Positions 1-10,440 of a stretch of DNA of 20,000 nt are shown here, piece by piece; position 1 is the stretch's first letter; the number at the start of each line of letters is the position of its first letter. Origin of the DNA: Chiloscyllium plagiosum (Eukaryota). The stretch covers positions 6,969,165-6,989,164 of the forward strand of contig NC_057750.1 of the NCBI RefSeq assembly GCF_004010195.1, read 5' to 3'. Both the position numbers and the translations under genes were made by a program. Below the pieces are notes generated by a model. The model made no database searches. It worked only from the letters and a program-made list of their open reading frames with translations, and was not told the origin of the DNA.

Positions 1-166
1 TGGGTTTTTCCCAACAATCGATAATGGCTTTACTTATTAATTCAGATTTTTATTGAATTCAAATTCCACCATCTGCTGTGCTGGGATCCGAAAACAAATC
101 CACAGACCATTACTGGGGTCTCTGGATTAACAGTCAAGTGATGATGCCACTAGGTCATTGCCTCCC
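1..166 (-). mobile_element. tRNA-derived SINE, 5' part (runs off the window start)
   Basis: The minus strand begins GGGAGGCAATGACCTAGTGG (A-box-like) and has a degenerate B box. It aligns by eye to the copies at 4738-5070, 14765-15425 and 15036-15360. Confidence 0.8.
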
Positions 167-171
167 TGAAC

Positions 172-372
172 TTGAAAGGATCTTTCCCCAAAAGGCTCCA
201 AGTTTTGAGACAGTTGACACTTTCAAGGCTGAAAATGCATTTTGTTGTGTTAACTAAGGATGTCAAGGTATTTGAAGGCGAGGCAGGTGGATGGGGCTGA
301 GGTACAGATTGAGTTAATTGCATTGAATGGCAAGGCAGATGCAGGAAGGAAGTGGCAAACCCTTATGTTTAT
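172..372 (+). mobile_element. Old CR1-type LINE 3' end
   Basis: Degenerate match to CR1 3' terminus motifs (TTCAAGGCTGA...CATTGAATGGC...). The antisense form recurs at 2915-3340 and 14428-14630. Confidence 0.6.
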
Positions 373-425
373 AGACCTGATACAATCCAGGTAAACTTAT
401 CATCCTCTTCGGGGAACCTGGGTGT

Positions 426-1097
426 GAGAAAGTGAGGACTGCAGATCAGAGTTGAAAAGTTCGGCGCTGGAAAGGCACAGCAGGTCAGGTAGCATACAGG
501 GAGCAGTGGAATTGACGTTTTGGGCATAAGCCCTTCATTAATAATGTGGGTGGCTGTGGCAGTTGGTGTGGGAAGGGGGCTAAGAGATAAATAGGAGGGT
601 TGAGGTTAGGTAGCTGGAAGGGCAGTAAGTAGATGCAGGTGGGGGGTGATGATGATAGGTCAGAGCGGAGAGTGGAACAGATAGGTGAGCAGGAAGGTGG
701 ATAGGTAGGGCACTTCAAGAGGGTGGTGCCCAGTTGGAGTGTTGGATCTGGTATGAGGTGGCAGAAGGACAGATGAGGAAACTGATGAAGTTGATGTTGA
801 TGCCATGTGCTTGATGGGTCCCAAAGTGGAAGATGAGGTGTTCTTCCTCCGGACTTTGGATTTGGCAGTGGAGGTGGCTCAGAACCACTCAGGTGGAGTG
901 GGACGGGGAGTTGAAGTAGTCGGCCACAGGGCGGTGGGGTTGTTTGGTGCTTGTCCCAGAGATGTTCTCTGAAACGTTCCGCGAGTTGGCATCCTGTCTC
1001 CCCAATGTGGAGGAGACCACATCGAGAGCAATGGACACAGTAGATGAGGTCGGTGGATATGCAGGAAAATCTCTGCCTGATGTGGAATGATCCTCTG
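426..1097 (-). mobile_element. Penelope-like retroelement, 5'-truncated, with GIY-YIG endonuclease remnant and 3' terminus
   Basis: Minus-strand translation HIRQRFSCISTDLIYCVHCSRCGLLHIGETGCQLAERFREHL matches the PLE GIY-YIG signature (xIYC..C..C...YIGET.R.L..RF.EH) and degenerates downstream. The terminal ...TGCAGTCCTCACTTTCTC is shared with the copies ending at 3648 and 12128. Confidence 0.9.
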
Positions 1098-1122
1098 GTC
1101 AGGACAAACATATTTTTAATAA

Positions 1123-1213
1123 GCTGAAAATATGTTGCTGGAAAAGCGCAGCCGGTCAGGCAGCATCCAAGGAACAGGAGAATTGACATTTCGGGCATAA
1201 GCCCTTCTTCAGG
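1123..1213 (-). mobile_element. Short Penelope terminal fragment with 13-bp target-site duplication
   Basis: Same sequence as the PLE terminus at ~450-540 and 11945-11996. Flanked by a perfect direct repeat ATATTTTTAATAA at 1110-1122 and 1214-1226. Confidence 0.85.
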
Positions 1214-1355
1214 ATATTTTTAATAACCCTATCTTCACTTGTCAATGTTGCCTGCCGAATTTATTTCCTCTCCTTAAGGTGTTCACTCCTCACTGGAGTA
1301 TGATGCAGAAATACTGTCTTGGTTCAAAGGTTGTTCATCCACACGGACCACATGA

Positions 1356-1984
1356 TGTTATGGACCAGACCAAACCCCCTTGAAATATTCAGAAGATAGT
1401 CTAGACACTAATATTTTCTTAATACAAAGGTAAATGTAAGTTGTTGTATTCCAGATGGAATTTGATAGGTCAAACTATCAGATTAAAGCACAGCATACTT
1501 CATTCACCCACGATAGTTAAAATGCAACAAAAGAAGGAAGGGGTTGGAAACAACTCTATTGGAAAATTTATCAATCATAGATACAGTAATTATTACTATT
1601 TAAATGATCCAATATTGTAACATTCCACAAACACACCCTTGGCAAAAGGGCAAATTCAGACACAGATTATCTCAGATGCAAGTCCTGTAGCAGGCAGAGA
1701 ACCCCCAGCTTTTGGCTGTAACCAAGCGAGGGAGAAAAATTAATTTCCACTTCTTCAAGACCCAAACACCAACTGGTGAAAGCTAAACTAAAGATCCTGG
1801 TTCTGTGAGAGTTTAACCACACCCATTCAGGCTGCTTCTATTGTTCCAAATTTTAAAAAACCCAAGGCCTCACAAGCTATTTGCTGTAGTGGTTCTAGTA
1901 AAGTGCTCGTCACCTCTGCCTTAAAACCTCTCTTCTGAAAAAACCAAGACAGTGTACACCTCTTGTATCCACAGCGTCGACACA
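1356..1984. mobile_element. Solo LTR (629 bp) of an LTR retrotransposon or ERV
   Basis: Starts TGTTA and ends CACA (TG...CA termini), with a perfect 4-bp TSD ATGA at 1352-1355 and 1985-1988 and no convincing coding content. Orientation is probably minus but not established. Confidence 0.75.
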
Positions 1985-2120
1985 ATGAGCACTTTTCCAC
2001 AGGGAGCATTGGACACTAAGAAGAAGCAGAATTACTGACTAATTATTCTTTGTCCTGAAGTGCTAAAAACAATTGAAACAAATGTCCATTTAGAGCTATC
2101 CAGGCCTCTTCCTTTTCACT

Positions 2121-2672
2121 ATAGAATCATAGAGTTTTATTGTATGGAAAGAGGCTTTTCGGCCCATCATGCAGTCATTAAGCATGGATGCTCAAGTGCT
2201 TATCTAAATAATTCTTAAATGAAGTATATAGCTCCATAAAATTTCTTTTTCTCTGTTGGTTATTGGGGTGTGAGGCATGGCAGACTGGGCCAACATCTGT
2301 TGATAATCCTCAAGAAAAACCTAGTTGGCTGATCTCTCTTATAGAGTCACATAGCATGGAAACAGAACATTCGGTCCCACCAGTTCACCCGGACTATGTT
2401 CCCAAACTAAACTAGTCTGACTTGCCTTCTTCTTTAATTGAGCTGATGGATTTCATGTTGTACAGATACAACCGTACCGCTGATGGGCAAAAACTGCTTT
2501 GCATTTCCAGTAATAGCTGAAAGAGAAATGACGGCTTTAACAGTAGAATCTACAGCATAGAACGAGGATGCCATTCAGCCCATCACCACGATACTGGCTG
2601 TTTGTAAGAGATATCCAATTAGTCCCACTCTCTCTGCCTTTTCCCCTGTAACACTACAATTTTTTCCTTCCA
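2121..2672 (-). mobile_element. Cluster of short CR1/HER1 3'-tail fragments (about 2121-2220, 2341-2425, 2545-2672) with unique spacers
   Basis: Each piece resembles the antisense HER1 tail (ATAGAGTCATACAGCATGGAAACAG...TTCGG...) seen more intact at 10440. Confidence 0.6.
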
Positions 2673-2951
2673 AACTGGTGGCAATGGATTTCGCTTTGAT
2701 GCTGGGTCAGTGTTGCAGCTACAAAGTCATTATGAAATTGTTAATCTTTGCCAATTAACCCTGGAGTTTGCAGTGTAAATCCTACTTGATTAGGTATGAA
2801 TACTTTTCCAGCTTGATTGAATGCAAAGTACGGTTGAAGATATGAAGCTCACATTGCACAATCTGAGCTTCTGAAATTTTTAACTCATTATGTTTTGGTG
2901 GAAAAATGTTACAAATTAGAGCTGGAGGAGATCATTGGCCCCTTTGAGCCT

Positions 2952-3233
2952 GATTAGATTACTTACAGTGTGGAAATAGGCCCTTCGGCCCAACAAGTCC
3001 ACACCCACCACCACCCATACATTTACCCCTTCACCTAACACTATGGGCAAATTAGCATGGCCAATTCACCTAACCTGCACATCTTTAGTATGTGGGAGGA
3101 AACCGGAGCACCCGGGGGAAACCCACGCAGACGCAGGGAAAATGTGCAAACTCCACACAGTCAGTCGCCTGAGGCGGGAATTGAACCCAGGTCTCTGGTG
3201 CTATGAGGCAGCAGTGCTAACCACTGTGCCACC
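2952..3233 (-). mobile_element. HE1-type V-SINE, near full length, inserted into an older CR1 tail (about 2915-3340)
   Basis: Minus strand has A box TGGCACAGTGG, B box GGTTCAATTCC, V-domain core (GTGTGGAGTTTGCACATT...TGCGTGGGTTTCC...GGGTGCTCCGGTTTCCTCCCACA) and a HER1-like tail ending in TCTAATC. Confidence 0.9.
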
Positions 3234-3486
3234 CATACTTTCCTATTCAGTAAGATCATGCTGATCTTCTACTTTGATTCCACCATCTTGTATTATCCTA
3301 TGCTTCCCTGAATATCCAAATATCTGTCAATATCTAACTGGAGAATTCATGACGAGTGAGATTGAAAATTCTGAATTAATTCTCAAAAGCGAGTGATATT
3401 TTTAAAACACTGCAGAAGTAAATTCTCCAATTCAGCTTGGTTAAGTTCAACTTCAATTGACAGCACTCTTGGTGATGACGGTCGTT

Positions 3487-3648
3487 GTCGAAAGGTCTGG
3501 CGCTGGAAAAGCACAACAGGATGGGCAACATCTGAGGAACAGGAGAGTCAATGTTTTGGGCACCGCGGATGCTCCCTGATCTGCTGTGCATTTCCAGCGC
3601 CACACTTTTCGACTCTGATCTCCAGCATCTGCAGTCCTCACTTTCTCC
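3487..3648. mobile_element. Penelope termini in inverted arrangement
   Basis: 3487-3533 is an imperfect reverse complement of 3567-3613, and both match the PLE terminus. TGATGAC at 3473-3479 and 3656-3662 may be a decayed TSD. Confidence 0.8.
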
Positions 3649-3899
3649 CTGTGGATGATGACCCCAACCAAATGCTATTGCACCAATCTTTTCTCGCAGC
3701 TCCTCTGTTGTGCAACAATTTGCAAAGAGAGAAATTTCAGTAACTTCCTTTCCTTTTGAGATAAAATGACTTGACGATTTCCTCCACCCCCGCCTTCAAC
3801 CTTTCACTGTAACCACCGCCACAAGTAGGGCACATAATCTGACATACAAAGGCTTTGGGTGACATAACCCACGAGAGTTCAAACAATTAGCGGTCACAG

Positions 3900-4085
3900 A
3901 ATTGAATTTAATTAGCTTTATTGTCACACAAATGAGTACAGTGGAAAGTTTACACATCATCACTTATGGCACCATCTTAGGTAGCTAGATACAGATTCTT
4001 CAGTACAAGTTCTTAGGAAGAAAAAGTGTAAAATAAAGAAATAAAAAGTCCAGCATTATTGCTTGTAGGTATACATTAGAAAACA
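3900..4085 (-). mobile_element. Probable non-LTR retroelement 3' UTR remnant
   Basis: The minus strand ends ...GACAATAAAGCTAATTAAATTCAATT, a poly(A) signal plus short-repeat tail typical of LINE 3' ends. Family not assigned. Confidence 0.45.
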
Positions 4086-4737
4086 GAAAAAGTTTTGAAG
4101 GAGACTGTTGACCTGGGTTGGCTACCAGCAGGTGGAATCTGCCCAGGAGGAAACGAGTGATCTTTCCAGAGGTGGCTTGATAATGGCAGAAACTAGCGGC
4201 CAGTTATGTCCTTAGCTGAGATGTGTCACCAATTCCCTGTTTGTAGACTGATACTTAATCGCCCATCTCAGTAGATCTGCTAGGAAAGCACCTGACAGCC
4301 ACTGTGAGTTCAGGACCCGCAAATGGCAGGGGGCATTTTAGAGAGCATAAAACTCTACTCTGCTAAAGCAACTTAGCCAGCCCTCTCCCTGAAAACCTAA
4401 ATTATTTTTATCTTCGGGTGTTTAGCCTATTTCACATAGAAAGCTATAGTTGAATCTGCCCAGCCACCCTTTCAGACACTGCCTTTCCGTACCCTTATCA
4501 GTAACTATACACTTTGCAAACACAAACTATCCTGTTCTTAATGTTTGTGGAAATGATTTGTGTTACTCATACCTTCATATTGAGAACTATATAATGCCAG
4601 ATCTTTCATCGTGACTATTCTTAGTCCTGTCAAAACATCATGCAGCCAGATGGGATACTTTGCGTGTAATCCTAAATGCTGAGCTGCTCATTTTGCACAT
4701 TCTGACCAGCTCTGAGTGTTTCATTTCTCTGAAGCTT

Positions 4738-5070
4738 TTGTTTTATACTTTCACGGGACATTAGCAACTCTGGCAAGGCCAAGATTTATTGGTTATCTTT
4801 ACTTTGCCTTGAACTGAGGGTCTTACTTGGTCATTTCACAAGATTGTTAAGAGTATAAACCATATTGCTGTGAGCCTGGAGTAACACCAGGTAAGGAAAT
4901 TGTGAACCAGGACTTTTTTTTCACAGTAATTCATATTACGATCATTCCATGTTCACGATTACTGAGGCAAGCCTTCGATTGTAGGTTTTATGAATTGAAT
5001 GCAATTCCTTAGCTGGCATGGTAGGATTTGAACTCATTTCTCCAGATATTAGCCTGAGTTTACCACTGCA
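4738..5070 (-). mobile_element. Degenerate tRNA-derived SINE, same family as 1-166
   Basis: B-box complement GGATTTGAACTC near 5023-5034. Body CATATTGCTGTGAGCCTGGAGT...CCAGGTAAGG matches 15036-15360. Confidence 0.75.
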
Positions 5071-5130
5071 CCGTGACCCCCCCCCCCAATTTATTCATCG
5101 TTGGCCAGTCTATAACAAACTGTAATGGGA

Positions 5131-5277
5131 CATTGAACAGCAGATGGCAATGGTGAGGGAGTTTCCTTGACTCTGGAGTGGTGCTGTCACAGGTTCAATG
5201 GGAAGAAAAGAGCAAAGAGCCGTTATTCCTTCAGTCCAGTCGAAGTCTTAAGCTGAATGAGAGGAATATGGATAATT
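5131..5277 (+). ncRNA. Candidate H/ACA-like double-hairpin RNA (unverified)
   Basis: Stems CATTGAAC/GTTCAATG and GATGGCA/TGCTGTC, a purine-rich hinge with ANANNA (AGAAAA 5204, AGAGCA 5209), a second stem TATTCCT/AGGAATA, then ATA at 5272-5274. Confidence 0.25.
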
Positions 5278-5371
5278 GCTCCAGTATGAAACCTAAAATT
5301 TTGAGTTGGATTATTTCCCAGAAATAGAACAAGCATTGAATGATGGCAAAGCTGACAGCGCCAACGTCGAC

Positions 5372-5565
5372 CAAACTTCCCAAACTAAACTAGTCCCACC
5401 TGCCTGCGTTTGGCCCATATCCCTCTAAACCTTTCCTGTTCATGCACCTGTCCAAATGTATTTTAAATGTTGTGATTGTACCTGCATCTGCCACTTTCTC
5501 TGGTCGTTTATTTCACACATGAACCACCCTCTGTGTAAAAATCTGTGTAAAAAAGTTGCCCCTCA
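5372..5565 (-). mobile_element. HER1/CR1 LINE 3' fragment
   Basis: Reverse complement of the plus-strand copy at 7830-8147 (CCCAAACTAAACTAGTCCCA...CCATATCCCTCTAAAC...). Confidence 0.85.
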
Positions 5566-5688
5566 GAGCCATGGTGAATCACATAACTCGCACTTTGGAT
5601 AGGACTTTAAACTAAATAGTGCGGTGATGGGTTCAGTTACACAGAAAATTATGAAAAAAATGTTAAAGGAGGGAAGGGTGGAAGTTTT

Positions 5689-5975
5689 GATTAGATTCTC
5701 TACAGTATGGAAGCAGGCCGTTCGGCCCAGCAAGTCCACACTGACCCTCCGAAGAGTAACCCACCCAGACCTATTCCCCTACCTTATATTTACCCCTGAT
5801 TACGGGCAATTTAGCGTGGCCAATTCACCTAACCTGCACACCTTTGGATTGTGGGAGGAAAACGGAGCACCCGGAGGAAACCCACGCAGACACGGGGAGA
5901 ATGTGCAAACTCCACTTGGGCCGAAGGGCCTGTTTCCACACTGTAAGTAATCTAATCTAATCTAATCTAATCTAA
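5689..5975. mobile_element. HE1 SINE (minus, head missing, 5689-5915) fused to an opposite-orientation HE1/HER1 tail (plus, 5916-5975) ending in (TCTAA)n
   Basis: 5689-5915 matches 2952-3155. 5916-5957 is an imperfect reverse complement of 5689-5730, followed by about five TCTAA units. Confidence 0.85.
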
Positions 5976-6262
5976 TATTTAAAAGGCATCTGCATAGGAA
6001 GGGTTTAGAGGGATATGGGCCAAATGCTGGCAAATGGGAGTAGATGAATTTAGGATATCAGGTCAGCATGGATGAGTTGGACTGAAGGGTCTGTTTCCGT
6101 GCTGTACAACTCTATGAGTCTGTGGCTCAGCAGAGGTTAGTAAAGTTTCTAAAACAAGTAATAGGGCAGAGGGTATGGAAAGCATCAGCAATCTAATTTA
6201 GGCAGAGGCGCATGGACAAGTTGGACCAAAGGGTCTGTTTCCATGCTGTATGACTCTATGAT
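5976..6262 (+). mobile_element. Two HER1/CR1 3' tails (about 5976-6122 and 6207-6262)
   Basis: GCATGGA..AGTTGGAC..AAGGGTCTGTTTCC.TGCTGTA..ACTCTATGA occurs twice. Confidence 0.8.
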
Positions 6263-6573
6263 TGTCAGATTTCCTTCCCCAAAGGGCATTTGTGAGCCAG
6301 ATGGGTTTTTAAGGTCTCTTTCCATTATGCACAATGGGTGCAAGGATATTCCTCCGGAATAAGGCGCACAATGACACCTGAACCCACAGAGTTGTCAAGT
6401 GGCTGCACAGAAGTGGCCAGACTCATGTTGTTGAACCAGCAGTTGGAGGGCGGCCTCAGAAAATGGTTCACAGGGCGAGTTGCACAAAGCCAGAAGGCTG
6501 GTAGACAGTTGGGAGGCAAGCAAATCACTCAGTGGCATTTCAGAGCCTGAAATAAAACAAAGTACAAAGAAAA

Positions 6574-7047
6574 TTACAGCACAGCAACTAGCCCTTTGGC
6601 CCTCCAGGGCTGCACCAATCCAGATCCTCTATCTAAACCTGTCACCTATTTTCCAAGGATCTGTATCTCTCTGCTCCCTGCCCTTTCACGTATCTGTCTA
6701 GATACATCTTAAATGACACTACTGTGTCTGCTTCTACCACCTCCACTGGCAACACGTTCCAGGCACCCACCACCATATGTGTAAAAAATATTCCATGCAT
6801 ATCTCCCTTAAACTTTTCCCCTCTCACCTTGAACACATGACCCCTAGTAATTGAGTCCCCCATTCTGGGGAAAAAAGCTTCTTGCTATCTACCCTGTCTG
6901 TACCTCATATGAGTTTGTAGACCTCAATCAGGTCCCCACTCAACCTCCATCTTTCTAATGAAAATAATCTTAATCTACTCAACCTCTGTTCATAGCTAGT
7001 GCCCTCCATACCAGGCAATATCCTGGTGAACCTCCTCTGCACTCTCT
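6574..7047 (-). mobile_element. CR1/HER1 LINE 3' fragment (ORF2 C-terminus plus tail)
   Basis: ORF 6642-6863(-) TRGHVFKVRGEKFKGDMHGIFFTHMVVGAWNVLPVEVVEADTVVSFKMYLDRY is the CR1 ORF2 C-terminal motif (TRGH...FF..RVV..WN.LP..VV.A.....FK..LD). Confidence 0.9.
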
Positions 7048-7530
7048 ATGGCTGATCTTTTTGTGAACTCAGCTGCACTCACCTGCCCACTCACTGCAAC
7101 CCTTAATTCCTTTACAGTTCAAAAATTTATCTGTCTTCACCTTAAAAACATTCAACGAGGTAGTCTCGTCTGCTTCACTGGGCAGGGAATTCCACAGATT
7201 CACAACCCTTTAAAGTTCCTCCTCAGCTCAGTCCTAAACCCGCTCCCCCTTATTTTGAGGCTATGCCCCCAGTTATAGTTTCACTCGCCAGTGGAAACAG
7301 CCTCCCTTGCTCAACCTTATCTACTCCCTTTGTGATTTTATATGTTTCTATAAGATCCTTCCTCATTCTTCTAAATTCGAATGAGTCAAGTTCCATTCTA
7401 CACAGTCTCTCCTCATAAGCCAATCCTCTCAACTCCGGAATCAGTGAACTAGTGAACCTCCTCTCCAACCCTTGTAGTGCCAGTGCATCCTTTCTCAAGG
7501 AGACCAAAACTGTACACAGTACTCCAGATT
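7048..7530 (-). mobile_element. Second CR1-subfamily LINE fragment
   Basis: ORF 7250-7585(-) LRKDALALQGLERRFTSSLIPELRGLAYEERLCRMELDSFEFRRMRKDLIETYKI matches CR1 ORF2. Confidence 0.85.
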
Positions 7531-8200
7531 CTAGACTGATACTCCCATGTAGTATTGAGAGAGTTCTGCAAAGTCTGAGGTGCAATCTTCCAGATTAGCC
7601 AAGGCACCACCTACCTGCTCGGGTGTGCACAAAATACTGCATGACAGCCTTTTGAAGAAGAGCAGAGGTGTTATCACCAATAACCTGACCAATACTGAAT
7701 CCTTTATTCATCATCACAAAAACAGATTAGTCATTCATTATCACATTGCTGTATGTGGGATCTTGCTGTATGCAATCTTGTTGCCAAGTTCTGATATTTC
7801 AAAGTTACACAATTTTCATAAAAGATAAGAATAATGACAGGTGTTGTCTCCCGAGGGTCGGGGATTTCAAGACCGGGGGACATATTTTTAAGGTGGGAAG
7901 AGAAAGGTCTGAGAAGAACGAGAGGCAGCTTTTCACACAGAGAGTGGTTTGTGTGTGGAATGAACTGCCTGAGGAAGTGGTGGATGCAGGTACAGTTACA
8001 ACATTTAAAAGACATTTAGATAAGTACATGAATAAGAAATGTTTGGAGGGATATGGGTCAAGCACAGGCAGTTGGGACTAGTTTAGTTTGGGATTATGGT
8101 TGGCGTGCACTGGTTGGACCGAAGAGTCTGTTTCTGTGCTGTATTACTATAAGTGCACAGGGAGACCCTGTAAGGTGCTGTATACATGTATTTCTTTTCT
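7531..8200 (+). mobile_element. Deu-domain SINE (SacSINE1/AmnSINE1-like), split by a HER1 insertion
   Basis: TTTGAAGAAGAGCAG...AACAGATT...CATTATCACATTGCTGT.TGTGGGATCTTGCTGT.TGCAA matches the Deu domain as I recall it. The 3' tail (AAGGTGCTGTATACATG..TTTCTTT) resumes at about 8148-8200. Confidence 0.7.
7830..8147 (+). mobile_element. HER1/CR1 LINE 3' end
   Basis: ORF 7746-8081 includes KTGGHIFKV...LFTQRVVCVWNELPEEVVDAGTVTTFKRHLDKYM, followed by the conserved tail. Confidence 0.9.
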
Positions 8201-8796
8201 TTAATTGTGGGGTTTGAGGAGATGAATGTCCTACTAATATGCCTATAACAATAGAGCTGACTCCAAATTAATATAAATTGTATACAGTGATGTGATGTTT
8301 AAAAACATTAGTGTGGCAAAATTTGTGTTATGCAGCACGCACCAAGAAAATGTGGTGCCAGATTAGGTAAAAAAATAGTGGTTAGCGGCCTTACAGTGGG
8401 ATAGATGGAAAAGTTTGAACATTGACTTCTGTTGTGATGCTTTTGAGAGACTCAGAAAGGAAATGCGGAATGTTGTAGATAACTAAGACACCCTATCTCA
8501 AGCTTAGTAGAAAAAAATCAATATCTGTAATGTAATTGATAGGAGGGAAAGGGATGTGTGACATGGAAACAAATTCTGCTGCACACTTGTCATGTTGAGT
8601 TTCTCCTGTGCACCACTTCCTGGCTGGTTGTACTAATGCGTTGTTACATTTTGCAAAGAGCACAGCCACACTGCCTGCTAAAGTAGGGACAAGAATCACA
8701 AACCAGGAAAACATATAGGAGTGGTTTCAAATAGGGAAGAGCAATCTCATCAGAAAGTCAAAAACTTTAATGTGTATATTGACTGATTTATTGTCT

Positions 8797-9377
8797 TAGA
8801 GATGTGCAGCACAGAAACAGACCCTTCGGTCCAACTCGTCCATGCTGACCAGATCTCCTAACCTAATCTAGTCCCATTTGCCAGCACTTGGTCCATATCC
8901 CTCTAAGCACTTCCTTTTCCTATACCCATCCAGATGCCTTTTAAATGCTATAATTGTACCAGCCTCCACCACTTCCTCTAGCAGCTCATTCCATACATGC
9001 ACCACCCTTTGCATAAAAAGGTTGCCCATAACGTCCCTTTTAAATCTTTTCCCTGTAACCCAAACCTACGCCCTCTAGTTCTGAACTCCCCCCAAGCGAG
9101 GGAAAAGATCTTGATTATTTACCCTATCCATGCCCCTCATGATTATATAAACCTCTATAAGGTCACCCCTCAGCCTCCAACGCTCTAGGGAAAACAGCCC
9201 CGCCTATTCAGCCTCTCCCTATAGCTCAAACCCTCTAACCCTGGCAACATCCTTGTAAATCTTTTCTGAAACTTTTAAGTTTCACAACATCGATTCTTTG
9301 GAGGGAGATCGGAATTGCACGCAATATTCCAAAAGTGGCCTAACCAGTGTCCTGTACAGCGCAACATGACCTCCCAG
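8797..9377 (-). mobile_element. HER1/CR1 LINE 3' fragment
   Basis: Reverse complement of 12375-12739 and 5976-6122, including the tail. Confidence 0.9.
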
Positions 9378-9407
9378 CTGCAGAGAAGATGCAGAGAGAG
9401 ATCAGAA

Positions 9408-9680
9408 TTAACATTTGAGAGGTTCATTCAAAAGTCTGATAACAGTGAGGAAGGAGCTGTTCTTGAATCTATTCATAGATATATTTAAACTTTTATATCT
9501 TATGCCCGAGGGAGAAGGGTGAAAGAGAGTATAATCGGGGTGGGAGGGGTTTTTGATGATGTTGACTGCTTTCTTGAGGCAGTGGGAAGCGTATACGGCG
9601 TCAGTGGATGAAAGGATGATTTGAGTGATGGACTGGACTGTGTTCACAACTCTCTGTAGTTGCTTGCAATCTTGGTAGCA
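9408..9680 (-). mobile_element. Rex1/Babar-type LINE, ORF C-terminal fragment
   Basis: ORF 9408-9647(-) KKAVNIIKNPSHPDYTLFHPSPSGIRYKSL...RFKNSSFLTVIRLLN matches the Rex1/Babar C-terminal motif (I.DPSHP...LF..LPSGRRY.......R..NSFF..AIRLLN). Confidence 0.75.
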
Positions 9681-9827
9681 GCCTTTGTATATGATTTCAT
9701 TTACAAATATGTGTCATCAAGGGAATACCAGTGAGTCCAGTCAACAGGACATTCCAGTTTTGGTATTGGTTATAATATGAAATAATGTGCAGAAGCTTAG
9801 AAATAATCTTTTTTTGTGTGCTTCCAG

Positions 9828-9892
9828 GATCTTTAATCTTAAAGAGGGAATGTATAATGGCCTCCTTAATTGAAGTGAAACATGAAGTGGAG
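9828..9892 (+). CDS. Candidate exon A: (x)SLILKRECIMASLIEVKHEVE, phase 1 to phase 0; ATG at 9857 is a possible start
   Basis: Strong acceptor TCTTTTTTTGTGTGCTTCCAG, donor GAG|GTGAGA, only one frame open throughout, in non-repeat DNA. Confidence 0.4.
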
Positions 9893-9984
9893 GTGAGAAG
9901 TCACTTATTCCTCGCTGCATCCTCATCATTTTGAAATCCGGCATCTGCTGTGTTGTGCTTTTCTCTTGAGGATTGAAATTTGCA

Positions 9985-10440
9985 TTAAAACAAGAAAATT
10001 CTTGAAAAAAATCAGCGAGTCTACTCAGAGAGACATACACAGTGAACCTTGCAGCCAGTCAGAATTGGAAAAAGGTTTGAGATGCTACAGGTTTTAATCA
10101 AGTACAGGGGCAGAGAAAGAGGGAAGATGGGGGTAGAACAAAACGGAAGTTATGGTGCAAGGCAAAAAGAGAGTGTTCTTGTGGCAAACAAAGAAATGAA
10201 GTCTAAATGGGGGGAAATGCAGAATCATCACTGACCACTGAAAACCAGAAGCAGTAAATTAAAAGGGCAGAGATTATCATCTGAAATTGTTGAATTCGAA
10301 GTTAGGCCTGAGAGGTTAGAAAGTGTCTAATGGAGAGATGAGATGCTGTTCTTCATACCCCTTAATGAGCTTCATTGGAACACTGTAAATTGCTAAGGAC
10401 AGAGAAGTCAGAGTGGAAAAGGGACAGAGAATGAAAATGA
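9985..10440 (-). mobile_element. Old, degenerate Penelope-like 3' region
   Basis: CTGAAATTGTTGAATTC...GATGAGATGCTGTTCTTC...GAGTGGAAAAGGGACAGAGAATGAAA parallels 780-920 of the GIY-YIG-bearing copy. Confidence 0.6.

Noticed and set aside
485..1198. 237-aa ORF as an intact endonuclease gene
   Set aside because: It is a chimera of two separate Penelope pieces. Only about 45 aa are in the GIY-YIG frame, the rest is out-of-frame or UTR sequence, and there is no RT.
3160..3233. tRNA gene suggested by A and B boxes
   Set aside because: The boxes belong to the tRNA-derived head of the HE1 SINE. The same applies to the other SINE heads.
8493..8714. Transferrin-like KWCT...KC motif in a minus ORF
   Set aside because: The cysteine spacing is one residue short, nothing else matches, and no good donor was found.
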